64,000 nucleotides of DNA, from NCBI RefSeq assembly GCF_009914755.1, contig NC_060934.1; one strand, 5' to 3'. Position 1 is the first letter of the stretch. Every line of letters begins with the position of its first letter. Both the position numbers and the translations under genes were made by a program. This DNA is from the human T2T-CHM13v2.0 reference genome, Homo sapiens. The notes beneath the pieces are model-generated. The model saw nothing but the letters and a program-made list of their open reading frames with translations. It made no database searches and was not told where the DNA came from. Of this stretch, positions 15,048-31,900 are shown in pieces.

Positions 15048-15651
15048 TGGCTCCCTTTTGATCAAGATCTTTCTCCAAAACCATTGCTGATCAACCATAC
15101 TGTCTTGGGAAAAGCTGTCTATCCCATGAAAAACATCAATTTCTCATTCTGGTGTGCAGTTTGAATGCCTCTGGTTATGGCATCAGGCCTTTTGGTGAAC
15201 TTTCTGTGTGGCACATACATCAGTCATGAGACATGTTCCTTAAAATTTGTCTACTTTCAGCTTTAGAAATAGAACAGTTCATGTTTTGGTAATTTTATGA
15301 GGGAAAGTTGGATTAGAGGAACCCAGAAGAATTTAGGTCTATACTAGTCTATAGGTAAATAGCAAGAACTCAAACACAATGTAGAGTTATCATTTATTAA
15401 GAGGCATATTATAACTTTACTTTAGAAACACAGGTTTTAAAATTTTTAACATTGATCACGTAAGAACCTCAGATTTAAAACTTTGAGACTGGGAAGCCAA
15501 ACTGAGGCAGACTTTAGATTTTGCTTACAGTTTTAAGGTTCCTGTGCCAGGAAATGACAATTTTAATGTACTCATTGTAAGGCTGGTAACCCTTGAAGTC
15601 AGGCATTTTGTGCATTCTTCAAATATGACATTTTAGTCAAAGCCTTGGTAA

Positions 15652-16020
<369 letters not shown>

Positions 16021-16272
16021 GAAGAGAATGGATTTTCATTGCACTTAGGCAAATAATCATATTGCCATAAGAATACTCACAAATAGTTTTTGAATTCTGG
16101 AAGAATCAAGTAAGGAGAAAACACCAAATGCTTTTATCTTTGTTTAAAAAAGTATACTTTATCAAATTGCTGTAAATTATAGATAAAGAGAAATTTTTTC
16201 CTTAAATCTGGAGAACAAAATATTTAAGACAAGAATCAACAATGTTTTAAATAAAAGTTATAAAAATATTAT

Positions 16273-16684
<412 letters not shown>

Positions 16685-19600
16685 AAAATATCTTTATCAA
16701 TTACTTAATTCATGTAATTAATTTTTGTCCTGATTGATCTTGATTACTAGTTTCATGAACCCATCAATTTATTTAGTAGAGATCTGGACATTTTTATTTA
16801 GTCTATTGATCTTAAAGTTAACAGAAACCTGTATTTAAGAGTATTTATTAGAATCTTTTCCATTAATCTGATTGTAAATGTTTTTAGAGAAGAATTCAAA
16901 ACTGTGGATGACAAAAACTTAGAATAGCCATAGTTAAAAATCTGACGAAAGTTTATAATCAACAAGGAAATTTCGTTATTTCTATTATATATAGCATTTT
17001 AAGATAACCAGAATTATGACTAAGACATATTTCTATAAATTTGTTTATACTTTTTTCTTTTTTTCTCATCTGATATTTTTATAAATTTACAGAATTTTCA
17101 GAACTTTCATATCAACAACATACCAATAAATGCAACTAAAAGAAGATCTAGTATCACTTATCATTTGACAATGTTTTTTGTATGATTTACCAAATAACAG
17201 TAATCATTTAATATCCCCATCTACAAGATGAGAGGTATATCTCTTGAGACTTTCCAGGGACCAAATTAGAAAAATCCCAAGGTTAATTCTAGGTCATGAA
17301 GACTTAGGTTAGGATTTGATTTTGGGGAAGTTTGTCAATGATGTAAAAAACTTAAAATATTTGATTGAAACAGAATCACAGATCACTGAAAAATAATAGT
17401 CATTCACTTAACTAAAGCGATAGTTGAGGTTTCAGAAGCAATATAGAAAGTTACATGGATGTAAACACCTTAACCTTTTTCAATATCAGTTTTTCTAAGT
17501 AATCAAAAACCTAATAAAGACAACACAATAAATTATCTTGATAAAATGGTTTTTTTTTTTTTTGGCTCAGTAACCAAAAAGTTAAAAAGAAAATCTGCAG
17601 AATGACTGTTTCTCCTTACCAGAATCTCACTAATATAACCTGGAAGTTGAACCTAATGAAAAATATACTTGATTTTAATCCTACACAGGAAGAATATGTC
17701 CAAGATTGTGAGTATACACTATATTATAGAAGAATGTAAACAAGAAAACTAGTACCTTGAGAAAGAAAATACATGGCTCTTAGTAACAGCATGGAAAAGC
17801 TTCCTGGTTACATGGTACAATTCAGACATATTGAGAAAAGCCAAGAGTATAGAATCAAATTATACTGGAGGAAAACATTGCTTTTCTAGGCTTTTAAGAG
17901 AAACACTTCAGCATCAGACCATAATAGCAGAGGTAGAACTGGCGGGAAAAAAAAAAGATGTAAGAGTTGACAAAAAAGGTTGAAGGAGAGAATTATCACC
18001 CCAGCCAAGCAAAAAATACACCTTTTCAAGGGGAGAAAGTTCAGAAGGCAAGGATCTTTTGCTGCAAGTCATGTGCTGCAAGGTACAGCAGAAGTTGAAC
18101 TTCTGAGACAAAAATTTGAGAAATTTCAAAAGGAAAACTTTACCTCAAGGAATGAATTACCATTGTAAATAAAGAGGACCATATTTTTAAGCCAAAACTA
18201 GGGAAATTAATTAGATCTCAGGAAATGTGGCAGATACTGACACTGGCTGCAGTTTAGAAGATTGTTGTTAAAAAAAAACAGATTTTAGAATTAAAAATAA
18301 AACCCTTTTGCAATTTTATTAAGAGCAGACCAATACTTCAAAAAAACTTTGTTGTTCTAAATAGGGGGCCACATTTTTTTGGTTTAGTATTAGTGTATTT
18401 TTAGTATCAAATTTTAATCTTTAGAAACATTTATAAATAATTCCCTTCTAATTATAAACAACTTGATCATACACAAAATTTATTTCATAACTTCCCCCTT
18501 TATGAACCTTTTTATGACTTACTTGGACCATAGTTGACATACTTGTTTTTTTTGCTTTTTTCTATACATCCTGTTTCTTAAATAACTAGTCGTTTTGCTT
18601 TAGGACAACAATTTACCACATAAGAGTCTTTCTCAAATAAATTATTTTTTTCATATTACTTATATTTTGATTAATAAACCTAAATATATTTAGTATTATT
18701 ATAAAATTGAAGAAGCCAAGAACAAACTTATATTTATTTAGCAATTTGTTGGTTTTTTCTTATTTGGATATGAACCGGACATTTAATGAGTACCTATTAT
18801 TTAATTTACCATAACTTTAAGATTTTAGATTACATGAAAAGTTTATTTATAAATGTTTATTCTATTTATAGTCACCTAATCTTTTTAACAATTATATCTA
18901 GAGTTTATATGTATAATCATCTAATTTTTTTTAACAACTATATCTAGAGTTTACTATGAAAATTGAGGTATTAGAGCTAGTCATTAAGTTCTTTTATTAG
19001 CCAACTTGGTAGCCTGTTAATATCAAGTGTTTACCTAAGTAAGAGCCTTAAAGTTAAATAAATGGGTATTTGGTTGATAACTCACAAGCTATAGCTGTTT
19101 TTATTGAATCAACAATATTAAAATAATCTTACTTATCAAAGAATTGCACAAAAATCATTCTGTTTTAGGCTGGGTTCACAGCTTTATAACCTTAAAGGAT
19201 CTAACAGAAGCAAATAAACTGTCTAATCAGTTCACCCAGGCAAAAAATATATGTTGACAATTTTGGGACATTTCTAATTTTATGTTATCAACAATTTTGA
19301 AGCCAATTAATATATCCAATATTTACTTAAGTCATGTGAACGAAAAAAATTTTTGTTCATTGCTGTATATTTTATATGAGTGCTCATTTATCTAAATAGA
19401 ATTCTTTAAGGAATTTTTGGCCAGCTATGCCAGATTTTGCCATGTAGACACAACATAAAACACAATACATGTACATATGTGTAAACACATCTAAACACAT
19501 ATACACACACACCAAGATCTTACAGCATCAGCAGTAAGCAAATAACTGTGGAAATGACTTTAAATAGGCGTAGTTAAAAACAGAATTGACAAGAAAATTT

Positions 19601-20805
19601 GGTTATTTCTGTGGTTTACAATAACTTAACATAATAACTATGATTGATAGCATATACTCAGACATATTAGAATTTTAGAAACCCCATATAATTTTGGAAC
19701 ATATATTAATATCATTCACTAAAATATAGCCTGAAGAAGGTTAAACATTAGTTTTTATTTTGACAATGCTTCTCATGTAACTTAACATGTCAAATAATCC
19801 TGTTAACCTCTCTTTTGGATGCTTCAGGGGCCCTCTGTAGCACCTCAAAGTTAGAGGTCAGAAAAGACAATTTTGAAGCTGAAATTTGATTTTGGGAAGC
19901 TTATCAAATATGTTATTAAGGTTTAAAACACTTAATATTATGAAATAGAATCCCAGGTCAACATAAGTCATTCATTTAGCCAAAATGATGACTCAAAAAT
20001 ATAAAAGGCATAAACCTTTACTCATTGATGGAGGGAAGACTTAGCTTTCCAAACAATCTGTCTCGTCTTTCCCTTCTTTTTTTGGTAGTTTATTCAAAAG
20101 GCAAACAAAAATGTTTCATTTTTAAAAATATAGCATAAAAATCTTGTTCAAGAGAGAAAGCCAATTTTAGCATTGCATTAGTGCATTATTGATGTCAAAC
20201 CCCATTCTTAATAAAACCTTATAGACAAATATGTTCAATTTTAATGTCTGACTATAAGATAAGATTCTCATAAGTCTTTTTTATAACCCTTTACCATTTT
20301 TGTTAAAGAGCAGATCAGTGCTCTAAGGAAACTGTTGTGGTTTTATTCCAATGTTCAATTTACAGAAAAAACTGAGTAATACCCCTTTAAATTTAGCCAA
20401 TATGTTCATACATAGAATCTCTGTTACAATTAATTTTTCACAACTGTTTCACAACTTGTTCAAACCTTTAGCTTTATCCTAATTTAAAACAATACTTTAA
20501 CCCTCTAAACTAGGCAAAAATTTACATTTCCATGCCTTGTTATAATCTTTTAGTAAAAGCACATTTTGCTTTCCTCATACACTTTGCATGTACAACTTTT
20601 TTTAGTAGTCTTAATTACATGTTACAATGTTAATTCTTAGCAATATTAATTTTTGGTGAAAACCCTGTTAAGTAAGTGATTTTAATTACGTACTAGGTTT
20701 GGAGCCTAGGACACCAGACAGAAGTACAGATAAGGTCTGACCCTTTTCAGCATAGCTAGGGGAGTGGTTAATTCCACATGTCCTTAGGTCTGACCTAGCT
20801 GTTAA

Positions 20806-21208
<403 letters not shown>

Positions 21209-23956
21209 TGACCTACCTAATTTAGACCAAATGTCTTTATTTTACCAGTAATCTTTAAAACTGTTTTTATTTCTCAGAGATTACTAAAGTCACGTGAACT
21301 ACAAGGCATTACAGTTTTTTCTTTCAAAATATTTTATTTAAGCCTTATTTTTCTTTAAGCCAATTACTTAGAGTTCATTTATATAAACATCACACACTCG
21401 ACACATATATAACTACACAGATAGAAAAAGATCCACTAGTTGTAAGATTTTTCATTTGCCAGTTTTTAAGTTTCTTAATTAGATTACTGGCTTCAGGGTG
21501 GGGTCCTTCAAGGAGCAGGGCCAGGAAAGGATGCGGTTTCTAGGACCTAATAAGGAGGCACAACTGAATGACAAAAACAGATCTCCAAAATTAAGGGTCC
21601 CATTTTTATATTACATCCCAGATCCCTAAAAAGAGGAAAATGCTATAGAAGACAGTGCAATGCTTTTACCATGCATTTAATTGCATGGCAACCCAAAGCC
21701 AATCAGCCCATTTTGCAATCAGCCTGTCCCCCGTGAGAGTCAATTAATTTGACTCCTAGTAGGGGGTGGGGATTTTTCCGTACCTTCTAGGTGGCCAAGA
21801 GCATGCTTCTCTGATTCAAGCATGGTTAGTATCCCCCCATAACTGCCATTAACCATCTCTAAAAGTATATTTCCTACCTAGTTATTACACACGAAAGTTC
21901 TCTTATAATGCAAGTAATTTTTGATACCCCCAAAACTGAAAACCTTCAGATAACACAATGCAAAATCTATTTACTTTCAATTCCTGGGGTTTCATGAGGA
22001 AAATCGAGTTTTTTTCCCAAAACCGGGTCTATGGCACTTCCTCTGTTTTTCCTAAGGAGTCCCAGACTATTGGAAGTTATCTTAGGTCTTCTCATGTGTG
22101 CATTAAGTGTGGCAAGAAGACAAAATGGAGAAAAACAATTCAGTTGACTGAGAAGAAAAAACAAACAAACCTATTTTCTTCAGAAAAATAAGATCCAAGA
22201 AGGGAATAAAAACCCATAAAGGCCATTTAAATATACATATAGCTTGGATATATGTATCCAAGTCAGCTTTAATTAAACTGACTTTTAACCACAGCACTCA
22301 CAAAAATGTTCTTTTAATTTCTCATTACTCTAGTTTAGCCAGGGCAAACAGCCAATATATCTGGCTTTTAAACTTTACCGTAAGTAACTCTACGAGTGAA
22401 ACCAACAAACCTCAACTAAGGTTATGACTTAACCATGAGTGTATGAGGTATTTTCAATTTTTACAAAATTAAGAATCTTCAAAGGTAGCTCAGAGAAAGG
22501 AAAATTTAAGAAGGGAAGCCAGAAGTTGTTAATGGAGGGGAAGGGAATCAACAAACGGTAAAGGTCACAGAGATGTCCACCAGAATGTACTCATTCTGTA
22601 AGCTAGGATAGAACCCAGGCTGCCATTATAAAATGGCAAACCCTTAGCTGCTGAGCCAAAACATTGGGCAGTTTCCACTGCTTTTCCCACAAAGAGTCTA
22701 GAGCAATCAATTTTGAGCTTGCAATGGCTTTTAACTACTCAAAATAATTTTTAGAGCTAACTATGATATGAGCCCCAAAATTCCTTTTCCCTAGATGGCA
22801 GAGACCAAGAGAAAGTACTGCCACGCTGTTACAAGGTCAAGCTCCCCAGGACATAAAACAAGATGGAGACCTCATTCAGTTTTCTGCTTGTTTCAGGAAT
22901 CTGTAGCAAAGTTTGTAACCATAGGCAAAAGCCTCTCAATTTTGCAAGTTGCCACCCAACTAGCTGCATGGAGGACCCAAATTAATGTTTTCCATTCTGG
23001 CCAGAGAAAAATACATGTGACAAAACATAGACATTAGCCACTCTGCTTAGCACCCACTATCGAACTTGTGAGGCTCAAACTTGCCCCCAGTTGGTCCCTA
23101 TCATCTTTAATACATTCAAAGTGGATTAAAGGAGTTTCAACATGTGATCTTTGGGCAAGATGGACGCCCTTTTAACAGAAAAGAAAGGGAAAGAAGAGAA
23201 AGGGAGAAAAGCATTGCCTGTGGCAGAGTGGGGAAGATGAGGAGCTCAGGGAGGCCAGAGAAAGACCCACCCATTGCAGGGATGCTGAATCAAAAGTTCA
23301 GGCGGCTGATTGTTGGTCGTGAAGGATCTTTTCGAGCAGTCCCATCAGCTCCCAAATTTTCCCCTTTGGGGAGAAAATGTTCCCCACGTTCTATGGCCTG
23401 GTACACGCCTAATCCTATCACCCACTGGTGTTAGCAAAGAGTGCAAGGCAGATCACTCCAAAGAGAATAGTGGTTAACCCCATGGTGCCAAATCCACGTT
23501 TAACAAAGAGGGACTTTACTGAGGGGGAAGGCCTCCAACCCAATCCCATCCTTTACCAGGTAAAATGAACCCACTACTCACCCAAAGTCAGCCCATTGGT
23601 GCTGCGGTCTATTTCCTTTGGATCGGGATCGTAACTAAGCTAAAAGCCTAGCAGATTTAATTTTTTAAGTCAATGAGTCGCATAAGCTTTCGATTTGCCT
23701 TTTGTAAAGTCTTTAAATAAAAATACTGAAATCTTTTTAGAAGCTTCTGCATATCAATAGACATCCCTAGATGAGACTAACTTGGGAGCCCTCATTTTCA
23801 AATGCACTTCAGTGCAGTTTTGTTCATTTGGAACATTCCACTCTAAGTTATCTTTAGTAAGATTTCACCATTTCTATAAGACTGCTGCTTCCGGGGCCTA
23901 CCACTTATGCAGGTATTAGCCAGAAGGAACTCAGTTCTTCAGAAATTAAGGATCCA

Positions 23957-24267
<311 letters not shown>

Positions 24268-24320
24268 TCAATTTTTACCTCAGATTTTGGCTTTGCTCTC
24301 AGGTTCCTTTGATCAACCTA

Positions 24321-24673
<353 letters not shown>

Positions 24674-25080
24674 AGAAACAAAGGGGTAAAACACAAAAAT
24701 CCCTGTGAATTTTCAATAGCCTAATTTTACACCCCTGCAATATTACCATTTACTACGTTTCTTTCTGACCCAGTCAGATGTAAGAGGCCTCTAACTGTAT
24801 CCAAGCCAGTTAATTACCAGATCAAATCCATTCCTTGAACCAGCCCAGTTTCTGTCATGACTTCCAAACCCAGTTTGGAACAGAAATTTGCTCAAAGAAA
24901 CTCGGAGAGCTCAAAACACAAATCAGTGGAGCTCTGACATTGGAGAGAAAACTTACCATGACTTCCAACTGCTCTGAGAGATCAACGAACACAAATAGGT
25001 CCTGCAGGTACCTGGCTTCGGTCACTCAGCACTCCTGGGAGTCGTTAGAAGCTCTACTTCAGATCTGCTCTGACACCATC

Positions 25081-25811
<731 letters not shown>

Positions 25812-25899
25812 TAATTTTTTTGTATAATGGAATAGTTACTCTAATTATAAGCTGCTATTATACCTCATTTGGATCTGGGAATTTTCTCATGTGATGTAT

Positions 25900-25901
<2 letters not shown>

Positions 25902-25933
<32 letters not shown>
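25902..25933. repeat. (AC)16 microsatellite
   Basis: Read directly. Confidence 0.95.
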
Positions 25934-25935
<2 letters not shown>

Positions 25936-26259
25936 CTAATATTGCAATATTCTTTTTTGTCTATGTTTGTGTGTCCTTGTAGAACTTTCTATAGCCCAGT
26001 CTGGAAGTGTAGGGAAACTGTATCTGTTTCAGAGTGAAACTGCTCTAGGGGATGGGAAATTTTGAGTTTATTATTTCCATGAGAAAATGGAATGGGGCTT
26101 CTTTTGGGGGAAGATTTAAAATTATCTGTGGAAAAAAGTGAGTTGGACTTGGTAATGTAAGATGAGAAATTTTTCATTATTATATTCAATGAGATAGATA
26201 CAAATACTGGTTTCCTTAATATTTCTGAAATTGTATCATTGACTATGATAGATGAGACT

Positions 26260-26735
26260 ACTGTTCAAACATATTCACTCTTCCACCTCTCCATTTCACT
26301 GGAAGAGTGTAGTTACTGGTTCTATTAATGTTGGGCATGGCTCTGACTTGCTTTGGCCTCAGGGTAGGTGGGGGACAGTTCTTTGCCTCTCAACTGTGCT
26401 CAGCCATGTAGCTTGCTTTGGTCAATGGATGTTAGCAGATGTGACTCACGGAGGAATGGAAATTACCTTGCATAGCTGGGCTTGTCCTCTTGAACTGCTG
26501 CCATCTCCATGCATAACACTTCTTTGAACTCCTTCAGCCTGAGCCCCAGATGGAATATCAGTGGAGAAGTTTAAATCTCAGTGAGGAGCCAAGTCCAGTT
26601 GGACTCATAGCTTGAAACAGAGCTGCCCCATTGAGCTCGCCTAGGTCAGCTAGCCCCAGCTGACCTGCAGTCATGTCAATTGTATGTCACTAAGATTCTG
26701 TGGCTCTTTTTTACTCAGCTTTAGCTAACTAATAT
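26260..26735 (+). mobile_element. Old MaLR LTR (MLT1-type)
   Basis: gggcatggctctgacttgctttggcc...gcttgctttggtcaatggatgttagcagatgtgac...tagctaactaata. Confidence 0.6.
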
Positions 26736-28109
26736 ATCACCATATCAGGGAATTTTGGTAGGACAACATAGCTAAGCACAATTTGAGATGGGGAATAGAA
26801 TAGGGTAAATTCTCTGTTCAAAGCATATGGTAATCTGGTGCCTATTTTACTTATTATCCCATTTGTGCCCTTTTTTATAACATGTCTTTGGAAGCGAAAC
26901 TGTACATCCAGTGTCTCTGTAACACTGAGTCTATTGTCCATGTAACATTCAGTCTACTGAACTGCTTTAAAATATTAGTTGAATGACAGTAGACTGAATG
27001 AATCTCTGTAGTTCCAGAAGGCAGGGAGAAGGATTGGGAGAGTCGACACAAAGTGTGCAGCCAGGGCTGCGTTGGTATTTTTCCTCTGATGTGCTCCACA
27101 GAAGGGCAGCTGACCCACTGTGGGTTGATAATTTCACTGGTTCACAGAAGACAGGGAATATAGGACTTTAGGGAAATAATGTGCCTTTGTCTTTGTCTTT
27201 CTCTTATTCTCTATCAAGGGGGAAAATGCTGCTCTGGGCTGGTTGGATTCAAGCTCATGGATTGGACCATGGGATAAAGTTTTAGTGGCAGATGGCTACT
27301 TCCTTGAAATAGAGTGGAGAAAAAGGGTGGCAGCATTGGTGAGAAGGGACAGGCAGGAGGCAGTAGGGAAGTCCAGCTTTACTCTGGAGAGAAGAAGAGG
27401 TGGGGGTGGGGAGGGCAGGGCCAGCTGTTTGGGGTGGGAGGCAGGGAAGGTGTTGGCTGCCCAGTTGACATCTCTTATCTCTTTCCTGGGGCCAGAGTAG
27501 GTTATTTTACAGCCCAGCCTCTTTATGGCCTCAGCAGAGAAGCAAAGGCAAACAAAGAACAGGTGATCCCTCAGGGCCCAAGGAGACGCCTCCTACAGCA
27601 GGTGTGCCCACTTCAGCAGCCCTGCTGGCCAGAATCTCTACTTAGAAGGCTTCTGGGAAGGCCAGGCCCTTATCGGCTTCCGACTTTGAAGTCCTAGGAA
27701 CCCTCCCTCACACCTCCCTTCTATGTGGCTTTGAAAATACTTTGATATTCTATCCCTATCCCTTAATTATTTGAACCCTCACCAGTTTGTAATGAGCCTG
27801 AACCCATCTTTGCTCCATTTTACATATGACAAAACTGAGGCTGGAAGCGTTGTTGCCAAGCTTCTTTGCCCTTTGTACCATGGGATTTAATTACATATAT
27901 TTTATGGATTCTTTCCTTTATAAAGTTGTAATCATTCATTCTTTTTTAATAGAGAGAAATTTAGAAAAGGAAACAAAGCAAAAAATGACCTAAAATCCTA
28001 TGGGTCAGATAACTCCCGTTGATATTCTTTCCTTCTTTCCCCCAGTTCTATTTCCAGAGGTTACCACTTTCAATTTTTATTTCTGTTTCATTCTATAAAG
28101 ATGAAGAAA

Positions 28110-29250
28110 ATTTTTGACACCTTTAAAAATATAATTTAAATCATCTTAAACTTATAGAAAAGTTGAAAGTGAGGATAAAGAACATTAATTTTTCTATGCC
28201 ATTTGAGAGCATGATCCCGGCAATTTGCATGAACACCTTGCTACCGCCTCATCTGCAGGCTCCACTAAAGTTTCATCAGCTGTCCCAAGATACACAGGTT
28301 TCATTCTCCTGTCTCTGGTCTCCTTCAATCTGGAATGGTTCTCCCTTCTTTCCTTGACTTCCATGGCCTTATGTTTCCAGATGACAGGCCAGTTATTCTG
28401 TAGTATGTCCCTCACCTGGGTTGAGGCTGATGCTTCTTCAGGGTTGGATTCACTTGCATGCACCTTCAGCAGGAAGATCACAGAAGCTGTGCTGCGTTTT
28501 CCTTGCATCCTGTCATGCGGTGAGTAATTTCACTCTAGGATTAGAGATGGTGTTCGCTATGATCATTTGATTACAGAGGTGACTGCCAGCCTTCTCCACT
28601 GTAAGGTGACTCTTCTCTTTGTAATAAACAAATATTTTGTGATGAGGCACACTGAAACCATGAATATATTCCATTCCTCATCAAACTGTCACTTTACTCC
28701 ATCATTTAGTTATATTGAAATGGACTCAGATTTTTATTTTATTCAGTAGGTTATTATCCATCATCATTATTATTTACTTTGATGCTCACATGGTCGAAGA
28801 TTTGGCCATCAAGGGCCCCTTCAAGCCAGGTTCTGGGCTTTTCTGGCCTGCACCCTTCATTCTTAGAGTACTTCATTACTTTCTAGCTCCCAAGATCTTT
28901 CAGGTTTATCTTGGGCTTTCCCAGCCCTTGCCCTGGAATCAGCCATTTTCCGAAGGAGACTTGGATTCTTTTAATGGAGAATGGCATTTAGAAGTCAATA
29001 TATGGGTGCTAGGAGTGTTCATTGCTATTGGGGTATCACTGCTCCTAGACTCTCTCAGTGGACAGAGCAAGGATATATATGCACACACACTATTAGATCA
29101 ATATTTATCTCTCTATATAGAAAACCATGAGCTCACTTCAATACTTTCAATTCTAATCAAAACCACAGGGCTTATTCTGGGTTTCCCTCCTTCCATATTC
29201 ATGACTGCCTTCTCCATGAGTGAGAAAACTGGCTCCCAACTTTGCTCAGT
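28110..29250 (-). mobile_element. Old L1 (L1MC/ME-type) 3' region
   Basis: aaacttatagaaaagttgaaa start and cagccttctccactgtaaggtgactc-type motifs of antisense L1M 3' ends. Confidence 0.65.
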
Positions 29251-29699
29251 TGGTCCCCCTGCATATACCCAATCTTCCATAGCAGAACTCTGCCCCTCCA
29301 CTCATTCTGTGTGGCTCTGGCATCCACACTTGGTTGTCCCCTTCTGCCATGTGGACTTTCATTTGACAGTACTTGGACTCTAACACCCTGTGCTAGGCCA
29401 CCGTGCCCCTGCCGCCCTGCATGGCCACTCTTTGTCCTATTCTGGCTCTGACATGCCATGCCAGGCTCCCCCACGCCAGATGGGTGCCATCTGGTACATA
29501 TCCCGTGTGCTTAGCTTAGACTACCCGGGCTATGATGGCTACTGTCCCACCCATGCCCATGTGCTGCATGCATCTTATGAAGGCATCTGGTTTATTCTCC
29601 CTGCTCATCAGTTCAATCAGCATGTGCTACCAGTGTAGTGCACCAGCATACCATCTGTGGATCTGTGGGATGTTCAGAAGATCAAGGTCTCTGTAGACC

Positions 29700-30130
29700 A
29701 CACTATAACAGAAAGCTGGAAAACGAACATGATCTGGGAGAAGACACTGACTTTGTACTTCTATCCTTGCCAGGTGAAAGCAAACTTCTGCTGGTTCTTA
29801 CCGATATAGATGGGGAGAAAACACAAGCTGAGTCAATAGCTACATACTAAGTGCTGAGAGTGGTTAAGTTGTTCTATGTTGCATTTAGAAAAGCAGCTAA
29901 AATTGGAGTTACTGCCTGATTAAATTTACGACGACATACAGTCATTCTCCAAGATTCAGCAACTTCCTGCACAGGCTAAAGAGCTAAAGAGGTGAGCCAA
30001 GTGGGCAGAAATGTGACAGGCCTCCCTGTCCCTGCATCTTTCATGTCTTTAATCATGGCATCGATCCCTGTAATTCCCCTAGAAATACAGTAATGCAGGT
30101 TTACTATTTGCGTAGGGAAAGAAAATCCCA
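29700..30130 (-). mobile_element. ERV-L internal (pol/RT) fragment, decayed
   Basis: Minus translation YCISRGITGIDAMIKDMKDAG resembles ERV-L pol YRIPGGIAEISATIKDLKDAG (from memory); stops follow. Confidence 0.65.
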
Positions 30131-30210
30131 GGCTCCTGGACCTGTTCAACCATTTCTTTGACCTCATCTCTCCTTGCTTGATTTTATACCAGTTGTGCTG
30201 GAGTACCTTC

Positions 30211-30559
30211 TAATATGGTTTGGCTCTGTGTCCCCACCCAAATCTCATCTCTAATTGTCATCTCCACATGCCGAGGGAGGTACCTGGTGGGAGGTAATCG
30301 GATTATGGGGGCAGTTTACCTCATGCTGTTCTCATGATGGTAAGTTTCCACGAGATCTGATGGTTTAAAAGTGTTTGGGAGTCCCTAGCCTCTCTCCTGC
30401 CGCCATGTAAGATGTACCTTGCTTCCCCCTCTGCCATGGTTGTAAGTTTTCTGAGGCCTCCCCAGCCATGTGGAACTGCGAGTCAATTAAAGCTGTTTTG
30501 TTTATAAATCACCCAGTCTTAGGTAGTTCTTTATAGCAGTGTGAAAATGGACTAATACA
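30211..30559 (+). mobile_element. THE1 solo LTR
   Basis: taatatggtttggctctgtgtccccacccaaatctcatct...gtgaaaatggactaataca. Confidence 0.9.
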
Positions 30560-31900
30560 CTTCCTTAATGAACTCTCTCAGAAAGGATTCAGGAAATGTA
30601 AGCTTGCAAGTTTAGAAATATCCTTATTCTACCTTTACACTTGATATTATCGCTGAGATGAGCATTTTAGGTTCAAAATATATTTCCAGGAGTCCTAAAA
30701 ATATAGCTCCATCTTTTCAGAGTCTTCCATCATCCTATGTTGTTGACAAGACTGAGAATGGTCTCTGTCTCTCCTTTCCTTTGTAGGCAACCTTTCTCTT
30801 CCTGCTCCCACCCATGGAACATTTTAGAATCTTTTTTTTTTTTTTTTTTTTTGGTGTTTTGAAATTTTGCAGTACCTGTCTAGGTGTGGAGCAGTTCCTC
30901 AGGCTTCCTTTTAATCTGTAGCTCTGGAATACTCTTGCTATTGATGATTCTATGTGTCGACTATTTTGCTCACACCCCACCCAGATGCATTCTCTACTGT
31001 GGTTCTCTGCTCTTCCCTGTGCCAGGGGAAGCTGATGGCTCCTTTGCTGGCAGGGCTCCAGTTGGGTTTGGTCAATGGGAGGGACTGACAGGAGACTGGA
31101 AGTGGAAGGAGAGAGAGGTTGGTAGAATTCTTTTCTACTTCCCCTTGCTTCCATGCTGTCTGGAGGCGGTGGCATGCCTCCACACTACAGAAGCTCCCAC
31201 TGGGGGCCCTTCCTCTGCAGTCCTCTGGCTGTGGTAATGTGGTTTTCTCCTTTTGTTCTTTTAACTGTAGGGTGGTGATTGCTTCTGTCTTCTGCCAGTC
31301 TCTGGGTGCCTCACCATTTCTTGTTTCTTTCCTTTAACGCTTCCCACACCTCTGTAAGTTACCTTTTTATTAAAATCCCTTTGTTTGACAATCTGGGGGT
31401 GAATTATGTGTCCTGTGCAGACTATGACTGATATGCTGCCTTTCATTGTCTTGATTTTTCCTTCCTGGAAATTTTAGTAATTGGATGATGGGTCATTAGT
31501 GTTAATCATCCATGTCTCTTATTTTAGCTCTGAAGTTTTCCATCTTTCTGTGTTTTTGCTCTACATTATGGGATATTTCCTAAGCTGGTTCTCCCATCCC
31601 TTCTAATGATGTGTTTTCAAATTTCAGTAGTCATGCTTAGTTTTCAAGGATTCTTTCTTGCTTTCTTAGTCTGTCTTATTTCATGGCAATCTGCTCTTGT
31701 TATATGGATTCAGTAATTTCTCTAATTTAGGCATTAAAGGAAGTTTTGGTCTCTTAAAGTTATTTTCTATTCCCTAAGTTATTTCAGCTTCTTTTGGGGT
31801 CAGTTATTTTGTTTATTCATCTTGACCTATCTCCTTTGTGCTGTTGATTTCCTAAATGTGTGAGGATCTTTGGTTCTCTGTTATAAGTACTGGAAAATAA
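30560..31900 (-). mobile_element. Old L1M fragments with an internal LTR-like insert (~30950-31435)
   Basis: T-rich antisense L1-like sequence on both sides; approximate. Confidence 0.5.

Noticed and set aside
18867-18953. ~45-bp degenerate tandem duplication
   Set aside because: Ordinary slippage inside AT-rich ERV internal sequence.
28715-29383. 222-aa hydrophobic ORF
   Set aside because: Antisense reading of a T-rich old L1, non-ATG start, no recognisable domain.
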